Positions 53,480-64,000 of a stretch of 64,000 nucleotides of DNA are shown piece by piece (the first letter of the stretch is position 1; every line of letters begins with the position of its first letter). The stretch comes from Octopus sinensis (lineage: Eukaryota): the NCBI RefSeq assembly GCF_006345805.1, contig NC_043000.1, positions 52,328,001 to 52,392,000 of the forward strand, given 5' to 3'. The translations under genes were made by a program, and so were the position numbers. The notes below the pieces were generated by a model. That model did not search any database, was not told where the DNA came from, and worked only from the letters and a program-made list of their open reading frames with translations.

Positions 53480-53605
53480 GCCAGTGATCCCTGACTGACT
53501 CCCGTGCCGGTGGTACGTAAAAAGCATACACTACGCTCTTGGAGTGTTTGGCGTTAGGAATTGCATCCAAGAGTAGAATCATTGCCAAATCAGATTGGAG
53601 CAGTG
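53480..53605 (+). mobile_element. Fragment of a further SINE-like repeat
   Basis: ccgtgccggtggtacgtaaaaagca..ggcgttaggaattgcatcca resembles a SINE/RTE-associated 3' motif that I recognise from memory; single copy here. Confidence 0.5.
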
Positions 53606-53988
53606 CTGGGTATTAATATTTAGCTAACATGGCAGTTCAGAGAAATAGGATGAATACTACTGTTAATGGACACAGATTTTTGTGTCACATAGCTGGAGGC
53701 CTCTCCGAAATTATCAACGGCAACTTCATCCTAATCCTAATTCTCTGGAATGCTATATTAGCTTCGCGATAAATATTAATACTTGTAATAATAGTTTTAG
53801 TTTTAATAGTTTCTAAAAGTTAAATATTATATTAGAAATGTTATCCTTAGCTGCAATATTTTCTTCTACTTTACTAGATGTAATAACTAGTCCTCAACTT
53901 TTCCAAATGTAATAAATTGTTCTGTACTTTTCCAAGTTTATAATCTTAAGGATATTATTTCTCTTGCTCGCCTATTTACCCATGTATA

Positions 53989-54035
<47 letters not shown>

Positions 54036-54053
54036 TATATATATACTATATAT

Positions 54054-54090
<37 letters not shown>

Positions 54091-54257
54091 GTGTATGTAT
54101 GTATGTGTGTGTGTGCGTGTGTGTGTGTGTGCGCGTGTGTGTGTAGAGTGAGAGAGGGGCAGATAGAAAGTGGTACATATATATGTAGATATATATACAT
54201 GAGTGATATATATATGTGTGTGTGTGCTTGTATAGATATGTTCATATGTGTGTATCT

Positions 54258-54460
54258 TTGTGTCTGTGTTCGTCTCCCTCACAACCGATGGACAACCGAT
54301 ACTGGTGTGTATACGTTGCCGTAAACTAGTGGTTCGGCAAAGACATCAATAGAATAAGTGCCAAGCTTACAAAGAATAGGTCCTGGGGTCGATTTCTTTT
54401 ATTAAAAGGCGGTGTTCCAGCGTGGCTGAAGCCAATTGAGTGAAACTAGTAAAAGAACAT
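54258..54460 (+). mobile_element. SINE family A, 3' half
   Basis: ggttcggcaaa..tagaataagt..cttacaaagaat..cctggggtcgattt..aaggcggtgttccagc. Confidence 0.85.
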
Positions 54461-54673
54461 ATGTATATAACCAGCTTCACTAAATATAGATGTATGTATA
54501 AAATCACATGTGTAGGACAGTGAGGAGATGTGCATCCTGGCAGGAGACAACGTGACTTAAGACGTCCATGTCATCTTTACAAGTACTCGTACAAATTTCA
54601 CGTCTGTTTAAAGGTTTTACCTACAAACCATGATTTAATGCATGCATAAGCACTAATAAATCTATACATATAT

Positions 54674-54848
54674 TATTTTATTTTTGTTTCAGTTATTTGA
54701 CTGCAAACATGCTGGAGCACCATCTTTAGTCGAACAAATCAACCCCAGGACTTATCCTTTGTAAGCAAAGTACTTATTCTATTGGTCGTTTTTGCCGAAC
54801 CGCTAGGTTACGGGGACGCACACACAGATACACACACACCTACACACA

Positions 54849-54884
<36 letters not shown>

Positions 54885-55044
54885 ACGGGTTTGTTTCAGT
54901 CTCTGTCTACCAAATCCACTTACGAGGATTTGGTTGACACGAGGTTATACTAGGAGACACTTGCCCAAGGTACTACGCAGTGGGACTGAACCAGAGAACA
55001 CGCAGTTGGTAAGCATACTGCTTACCACACAGGTACTCCTGCAC
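54674..55044 (-). mobile_element. SINE family A
   Basis: Reverse complement aligns with 36532-36950. Confidence 0.88.
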
Positions 55045-55924
55045 GTACGTGCATATATAAATATATATATATATATATTACACATACATATACATACCTA
55101 GACCTGTAGGTACATATATGTGTGTATATATATATATATTTATCAATAATCATAAACATATACAGTGTAAATTCTTCCCTACACTTTTCTAACTGTATAT
55201 ATTTCAAAATATGTATTGCTATAAATATTAAATTAGATCATTAAATGACAAATATAAATTGAAATCTATATAATATTTGCATGAATAGGACCAAGAGTCA
55301 AAGTATTATTATAAATATGTTATGCAAATTTTTTTTCTCATAATTCATATCAAATTTATGGACAAAAAGTTTCATGCAATCCGAATAAATTAAAATTTAT
55401 CAAAAGCGCAAGCACATCTTAAAATTTCACGAATTTTGTTTCTTTCCCGTGCAAATAATCTGTTTTGAATATATTTTGTTCAAAGCGTTCAAATTTATGA
55501 ATATCGTTAGCTCAGCATATAATCATGTCCTTTAATGTTTTAGTAAAATGCTAATTATTTATTTGAATGGTATGTCATTTCGGATTCGTAAATAAGGTGA
55601 ATAAAATGTACTTTTCAGATTAAAATAAAAATTACTGTAGCAAACTGAGTGGTGTATTAAGTATTAGTGATATCTTTATTTCTTACAGTAACTGATTTTC
55701 ACTTTGAAAGCAAGGTAAAATATTGATAATGCTACATAGAGAATACTATCATAATTTCATATTTCATTGAAGCGAAGCACCTCCTTTTGAAGACATTTAC
55801 AGCATAGTATTCATCCATGTGAGATGTGGTATGTTAATGCCAAGATGCCAAGATGTCTTACGTGAGAAAACTGTGAATATCCGTGACGTCTATGTTTTAT
55901 TGAAACATATTACATGTATGAAAT

Positions 55925-56140
55925 GGGGCGAGCTCGCACAATCATTGTCACGTCGAACAAAAGGTTTAGCGGCATTTCTTCTGTTTCAATCTCCTGAAAT
56001 CAAATGCTGCCAAGGTCGACAATGCTTCTTATCCTTTCAAGGTCAATAAAATAAGTACCAGTTGAGCACACTGAGTCGATATAACGGATTTCTACCTTCC
56101 CCGAAAGTGCTGACATTTTTGCCAACATTCGTAACTAATA
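55925..56140 (+). mobile_element. SINE family C
   Basis: ggcgagctcgcacaatc..ttagcggcatttc..aaggtcgac..atcctttc..aaataagtaccagttgagcac. Confidence 0.75.
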
Positions 56141-57237
56141 TTACATATGTAGCTTCTATTTGCCCACGAAAATATATAGTAACACTAAATGATGCCTCAT
56201 TTGTAATGGATATTTACTGATGAAGGACAAATGAAGTATTTCGTGAAGGAATTATTACCTGTCACCAAGAACAAAAGAAACAGTATATACTTTCTTAAAA
56301 TTAAAATAAAACGAACTAAGAATTCCAGCTGCAGACAATGGGGGGTAGAAACGGAGTAGGTTATAGTCTACCGTTGGATCGTTTTAATATGTAGGTACTC
56401 TAAATGAATAACAATATAGCTACAGTACTTCAAATAAAACAATATTGCCCCTATATATTCTTAGAATGAAAGAAATACGAAGGCGTGTCAGATGCTTTTG
56501 TTTCATAATTGTGAAAACAAAATTTAGATTCTGTTGTGTCTGGGGAGAGTCATTTTCTTTTTGGGCCTTATAATATAACACACTCACCGGTAAAATGTCC
56601 CCTTTTTTCTTATTTTCCTTTTTCGAAAATTTTCCCCAGATACAACAGAATATGCTTCAACACACGAACTCATATAAAGAATCTTGCAAACCAAATCCAA
56701 ATCGAAGCAGTTAGATTAGTTTCTGACAACAACTGTTAGATTAGTTTCTGACACGCAGGCATTATTAATCATTTTTTAATTACTTACTTAGAGGAATGAG
56801 CTGTGGTCTTTTTGTGCAAGTTTCTTCATAATTTTTAGGTCAGTGCCATTTTTGTCACACTTGAAATATTCCTTGTTTCAAACGAGATGATTTAAAATGA
56901 GCAAGATTTGATTCTTATGTCTGGCAGGTCAGACAACGATAGATTTCCAGTTTTTGACTAAGATTCTAATGGTCATGGAAAGGGTTTAAGTTGAATGAAA
57001 CTAAAGAATGTAACTGAGTATATTTTGATATAAGTGAAGTAGTCTAACATACGACATCTTACATACTTCATGTAATCCTGTATATAATTAGTAAGTGAAG
57101 CATAATTTAGTTCAGTACATTTGAGTAACAGTTTTGTGCTTCAAATATATATCGTTTAGATGGCAAGTATTTTAACGCAAATCATAGCATCAAAAACATA
57201 GAGAGAATGTGTATATATATGTATATATATGTATGTA

Positions 57238-57283
<46 letters not shown>

Positions 57284-57359
57284 ATGTGTGTGTGTGTATG
57301 TGTGTGTGTGCGTGTTTGTATGCGTGTGTGTGTGGGTGTGTGGGTGTATAGGAGTGTAT

Positions 57360-57515
57360 TGTTTGTAAAGAATCAAATGTTTTTAATGTCACAACAGTGC
57401 ACTATAATACAGAAAATAGAATATATACCTGTTGTAATTTAGTTATCCATAGTCCAATGATATTTCGGAATACGATTCCTTCTTCTGATATTCTTAGATG
57501 GAGTCACTGCTATAA
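57360..57515. repeat. Single-arm copy of the 21782-22086 palindrome family
   Basis: cctgttgtaatttagttatcca..gatatttcggaata..ttccttcttctgatattcttagatggagtc matches the left arm and loop. Confidence 0.85.
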
Positions 57516-57549
57516 TCAGTTTTCCAACAGCTTTTCTTTTTTCAGTTTA

Positions 57550-57772
57550 AGAGCTGCTTACTGAATGAATGCAAGGATCAAAGCAGAAACGACTTGAAAT
57601 TTAGTCTTATACTGTTACGGCCCCACCAATTTACCTCACTGGGTTGTTTATAGGTTTTCTATGCCGAAAGGTTTAAATGCAAAATTTGCTTCGGCAGCAT
57701 TTTAAATCAGAGCCAGATGAAATAATGCAAAATTTCTACCCAACTCGCTAAAAGTTCTGCCAACTTTCTGCT

Positions 57773-57829
<57 letters not shown>

Positions 57830-59250
57830 ATATGTATGTATATAGAGGGTGCGATGAATAAATAGTCTAAATTACGCAAAAATGTTCAAATATCCAAACA
57901 TAAGGTAAGGCTGGCTTTTAGATTACCATCTCAAACAATAATGGCAAACACCTATGTTATTGAAACTTCATAATCTTAGTTCTGTAAAGTACAACTCTTA
58001 CAATCTAGACGAGATATTTGGGTAACATTGTACTCTAGCAACTCGCTGGAAGCATCAGACATCTTATAAATGAAAAGAAATATCTATTAAACTTCAGTCA
58101 GTAGGAAGAAAATAGCAGCTTATTAAAAATAACCTTCAGGTACTGAGAGAGATGCCGACGTCAGAACATCAGTGTATAGAAACATAATTGGCTTTGGGTT
58201 CTATTTCATTTACATATCACACCGTCTGTATTGTGCTAAGATAGGAATTATCAAATGCATATAGAATCTGACAAAAGAGATCTTCACTGAAATATTTGTA
58301 TATCTAAAGCATAAAATACACGAAATACTTGAAAACAAACTTACTTCAACCAGTTAAAGGTATCTCAGCCAATTCTCCAACTTACCTGGGGGATTGTCTT
58401 AGAAAATCCAAATGAAATGGCGACAAATATAAAATGTTGTACCAAAGTAACATGCACCCCGCTGATTCTTATGCAATTTTATTTTCAGTTTGAGTCGCTG
58501 GAACATTGGAAATACTTCTATCTATACAAACCATGGCATTTGACGACGTCATAAAAGTAACGCTAGGATATCCTTAAATGCGTAAAAAGTGGAACATGGG
58601 AAAATATTAACGAGGATCGATCCATGTAACATAGAAATGATTGAGCATATATGGCAAGCAGTTACTGTATTTATTTTAGGCATTATTAAAGAAGACTCAC
58701 TTTAAGTAATGCAATTAGTCCTATTTTATTGTGTATAATTTACCTCTGTTCTGTGTTATATATTTAATGTATTCTTGCATATAATATATTATTATATTTT
58801 ATATTACGTACTCCTGTTCATTTTATTATGTAAAGTATTGTGACGCCATACTTTTTATAATATGAAATTGCGCAACATGCTGTATAGCCTATTATTGTAT
58901 TATATTCAATACAAATATTGTAGTATATTTTGCAACCCTGTCACCTGTACGAATTCTATGTTGCCTTATGGAAAGACCATCAACCTTTGACTGAACAAAC
59001 ATGACCAGTATCAATGAAAGAGCTTCTGACTGAATGAATGTAAGGGTCAAAACAGAAACTACATTACACCTGGTCTTATACTGGTACGGCCCCACCAATC
59101 CACCACTCTGGGTTGTTTTTAGGTTTTTCGATGCCGAATGTTTTAAATGCAAAATTTGCTTAGGCAGCATTTCGAATCAGCGCCAGATAAAATAATGCGA
59201 AAAATTCTACCCAACTCACTAAAGATTCTGCCAATTCTCTACTTACTAGT
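57550..59250. repeat. Local direct duplication of about 230 bp (57550-57780 and 59018-59250) containing a decayed SINE C
   Basis: Shared actgaatgaatg.aagg.tcaaa.cagaaac..gtcttatactg.tacggccccaccaat..aaatgcaaaatttgctt..ttctacccaactc..cttactagtgt. Confidence 0.85.
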
Positions 59251-59873
59251 GTAATATAATTTGTATCAAATATTATTGTATTTTAGTGTGCGGTGTCCAG
59301 ACAATATGGTTTGATGTTAAAGTGTCTGAAATAATCTGCAATCCCAGGGATATCTCTGAGCGCGAATTCCGTGTCTTCTACAGGTTGAATTTCGCGAGAC
59401 TATAAAACCTAACTGTGCAGTATAGTTGATATGTGGAGTATAGTTGATATATTGAACATTTGTACTACGTTGTCATTAAATGTTGCATTATGTACTTTTG
59501 CGGCCACTTCATGAACACTTTTATATTAGCATGATTATTTATTTGATTTTAAAACTTACTGAGTATATACATAAATGGTTTTCTCAAGTTTAATTGCACT
59601 TTCATTGAGACAAAGTGCAATATTGCATGATTGCGAGACATAGTATATGTTTGGTTTAAGACTTGTATGTAATTTACTATATATTAACAGACTGTTAATA
59701 TGCTGTTACTTATGTTGAGATATAAATCTGTCTGTGAAAATGATTGATAGACCGGATGAAACCTTAACCCCGTTCAAAGAGGCATGTACACTTTACTCCA
59801 CACACGTATTCCAATCTCCGGATATATGTGTGAGAATATGTGTGTATGTACATATATATGAATGTTCATGCAG

Positions 59874-59914
<41 letters not shown>

Positions 59915-62900
59915 TGTGTGTATACCTATGTATATATATATATGGATATATATATATATATATATATATACTTGTATTTATGTATGTGTATGATTAAAAA
60001 AGGACTATATTTTAGGAAATATCAACGAATGATATTGTTTTTCCAACCTTTGTCACTTGGAATTTTCCTATTGTATACGTTTCCACGTTTACATCATCAT
60101 TTCGACATTATTAATGCTTGCATGTCATGCAAATATGAAACACGAAATATATCAAGTGCAAATGGAGATTTCTTACAGTTATTGCGATAAGAGGAAGCGA
60201 GATAATGGTAGATTCTCATTGCGTGGTAGAATCAGCAAAATATAAAAAAGCAAGCAAAGGACTCTTGTTGGCTCTTGAGTATGTGAGAAGCTAAAGCAGA
60301 CGCTAGAAGCAGTAGATGGGCAATGATTTTGGCTATCATCACTGACCTCTCAACAAAAATATCTTACTACTTTTTATTAAAACACAATGATGGAGTGGTA
60401 CTGTCCAATGGTACCAACATCTGGTCAAAGCTGCATTCCTCAATGTTGAATAAACAAGAACTATTCTCCTGTATTTCTGGGTAACGTTTTTAGTTCTAGA
60501 AAAGTCGAAAGCGGCGATGGAATTTTAGTGACTCTGGAAAGAGAGATGACCACTATATAAGACAGGTGCATGTATATAAGACAGCTATCGTATACACAAA
60601 ACAGGCAAGGGGTCACTGTCCAAAGTACGAAACACAAGAGCAAGCACTGTCTCCAGAGTGTCCCAAGAGGTGGTTGGTGAAAGTCTCACAAAACCGGTAA
60701 CTTGTAGACGATTACTGATGATAATGGTTCCCTGAAACCTCATTCACTGAAGAGGTACTGTAAATGTCAATGAAATGGTGTTTGTAAAGAGCAAAAAAAA
60801 AAAGCTCAGGTATGATTCTGGAGAAGAGAGATCACAGATGCAGTGCACAGCGGAAGCTCTGGTTAATACGCTGGAGAACACTTGACAGGAGATAGAACAT
60901 AGATTTGTCATAGTCTCATTAGCGGCACCCCTTTAAATCTTTTGGAGAAACACACTATGAAACCACAAATATCCAAGCGTTCTCAACAGGAGAACAAGTC
61001 AAATGGATATGATGAGATGACATTAAGAGTAGACTCAACTGGATGAAAACCAAAGAATAGCGGGCAAGCGGGTTGCAACAAAAACTCTAAGCAGTTAGCT
61101 GAACTGAAAGAGTAATTCATTCATTTAGTGAAAAATTAAAATCTCAATAAGCAATATCAAATAACTGCAGCCGAGCAAATTAGATCTGTGTAGACGTAGA
61201 AGAGCAGAAAGCATGGGAAGCGGAGAAGGGAAAGGGAGATCAAGATATCTCAGCTTAGCTAGGATATTTACGGTACACTAGAACAGTGCTTCCAGAGACG
61301 AAGTCTGGAAGAATGACTAGACCCAGAGAAGAAAAAGTTCTGTAAAAATCAAGTATTTCCTGTAATATAACATGTTATTATTGTCTTTATAAAAGTTCTT
61401 TTGTTTCAAACCTTGCATTACTCAAGAACATTTTGGTTTTAAGCATATATACATACATACATAGATATATGGATGTGTTTAAGTTGTATGCCAATGTGTA
61501 TGTGTGTGTGTGTGTGTGTCCATGGTATTGTGTGTAAATTTTAAGAAGAGGCACAATAATAAAATCATCTGCACATACATATCACCTAATTTTCCACATC
61601 AAAATATTTAGTTTAGAAAGCGGATTAAATGTAAAGCGTCCTCAATAATCGGCAAGGTATCAAGGTGTCCATATTTTGTAATATAACCTATCAAACGGAG
61701 AATATATCTTTCAAGAATTTTCCAATATTGGTTTCTGATTCTTCATTTCTGATTCCTATTGAGCGTATAAAGTAGTGCGGTGAGGTTCTTAGTATTTTGG
61801 ACAACACCATATATATCCAGACCGAATAATATCGGTTGAGTACAAGATAAAGAGTATTAAAACAATTTTACCGTGTACCGGAAGCCGCCTTCATTAGCTT
61901 TGGAAGAGATCCTGATATCAACAGACATCTCACGCATCAATGCATCAATGCAAAAATCTTCTAGAGTTGGGAAAAGATATGCAAGTGCATATATAAGAGA
62001 AAGTGTTAAGAATCGGAAAAAAATGATTAGAATACAAAATGACCTTAAAATTCAGATTGCAGCAATACACAAAAGACTAATATAATATGATGTTTTATCT
62101 AGATTTTGTTTGCTAATAGCATTTTCTGATATCTGATGCCTATTACATCATTAATTCGTTTAGGCTGTACCGACTTCATTTCGTTAATAAATCTTCTGAT
62201 CTCTGTTTATATTACGTTGTGACCCCAAAATACTACATGTTCTGTTGAATATTTATTAGACTAGCAAACCATTCTATTAACATCTCTAGGTGAGGTTTAT
62301 AAGTTCACAAATTAACCATAGTTTACAAAAAGAAAAAGAGAAAGAAACTGGATATTTTATAAATTAACTTGTATACGGTAATGTGCAGTACATTAGTTCC
62401 ACGGAATACAATAGTTTTCATATACGCATATATATCTATATATCAAACATTTCACACACATATACATACTCACTCATGCACATTAACACATCTATTGAAT
62501 ATCATTTATATGAATTTACGAGTGGACATATGGTTGTGTAATTATACTTTAGCTTGAATAGGAAAATATGATATTTATACAAAATATTCATACTCAAATA
62601 CATATTTGCAGATTTTTAGCAAACACATAGAAAAATAAATACCCTACATCTCAATTTTCTCCCTAGTCTTCTAGCATAAACTGTTGTATGCGTATATAAA
62701 TGAATGCTTATCCATTCTGGTTGTTGTACTCGCCTCTTTAAGCTATTAAATTTATTCCATTCAAAATAAATTCGACTTCTGAATGTCTTTATTTTCTCCT
62801 CGAGTTTTATTTTCAAAGACATAGTTGAATAGGTTTCTATTCCATGCATACATATAACAACATTAATCATGTTCCGAACATGTAAGTATTTGTATTTGTT

Positions 62901-63561
62901 TCCTTTCGTCTTAATTACATATTTCTTTACATCTTAATTACTGAATTTCAGGAAACTAATTATTTACATTGGTATTTATCCCAAATATTTCCAATTGACT
63001 GATCTCCCTATGTTTCGGCTAATCTGGCAAGTTAAAAAGTAATCTCTGTTATTTATAATATTTATAATGTTGTTTACAAATGAATGTATTTAAGTCAATA
63101 AGTTAATATGAATATATTAATATTCTTAAATGCATGTAGAGACACACTTACGATTTCACTCAATTATGTGCACAGGTTTTGGAATATATGCACTGCCACC
63201 TTCATAAAGATATAATAATACACATTAAGTACTTCCTTTCTCCCACATCCCTCTCCTCATACCCTCCATCTCTCTCTACCTCGCTTCCTCCGATCTGTCC
63301 TTCCCTCTCTCTCTCCCTCTCTCTCTCTATATATATATACATATATATAAATACATATACATGTGAGTGTGTGGGTGTGTGTGTACCTATATGTTGGTGT
63401 GCGTTTCCTGAACAGTGATCTGTTTTACCGATACATATATTTGCGAATACCTGTAACATGCAACAGCATGCGCGTACAAACATTCATGCATATGCATGTA
63501 TGCATGTATACACATACACACACACATACGCACACACACACGCACACACATTTACATATTT

Positions 63562-63766
<205 letters not shown>

Positions 63767-64000
63767 TCTATACATATGCGCACATACATATGCATTTATA
63801 TGTAAACTTAACCATGAATATTTCACGAAATCTAAATCAATTTAAAATATCTATTATGTTGATTGTAATTATGAAGTTTGCAAATCAAAATTGATAATTT
63901 CATAATTATTTCATTAAATGAATTAATTTAAAATTACATATCTCCCACGCACAAGTTTTGGTAAATATTCAATTTACATGGAAAATGTTTCCGTTTAGCC

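Noticed and set aside
60180-61340. LINE-like decayed segment, including CTGATGA..GAAAC at about 60715
   Set aside because: No clear RT motif recovered; the hammerhead-like string lacks stems I and II

Overview
AT-rich, microsatellite-saturated eukaryotic non-coding DNA with no recognisable host gene exon. The repeat families and (TA)n/(CA)n density suggest an octopus genome; this is my inference from family recognition, not a database result. Most ORFs in the track are microsatellite artefacts. The real content is mobile DNA: (1) a young 5'-truncated CR1/L2-group LINE with a 606-aa open RT frame (51045-53177), plus three short 3' fragments; (2) two RTE-clade LINE fragments, each ending in three C2H2 zinc fingers; (3) R4/Dong remnants; (4) mariner DD34D, maT DD37D (two copies) and Tc1 remnants; (5) at least three SINE families (my labels A, B, C); (6) Penelope-like element (PLE) debris, namely two GIY-YIG fragments and several palindromes, some carrying minimal type I hammerhead ribozymes (best at 31540-31628, 32168-32256, 37641-37685, 38599-38644). 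The most striking signal is a PLE GIY-YIG copy (about 13243-13700) in which most conserved-residue changes are sense-strand A-to-G. That is what an ADAR hyper-edited RNA would look like if it were reverse-transcribed into the genome. All translations, alignments and folds were done by hand; boundaries of decayed elements are approximate.
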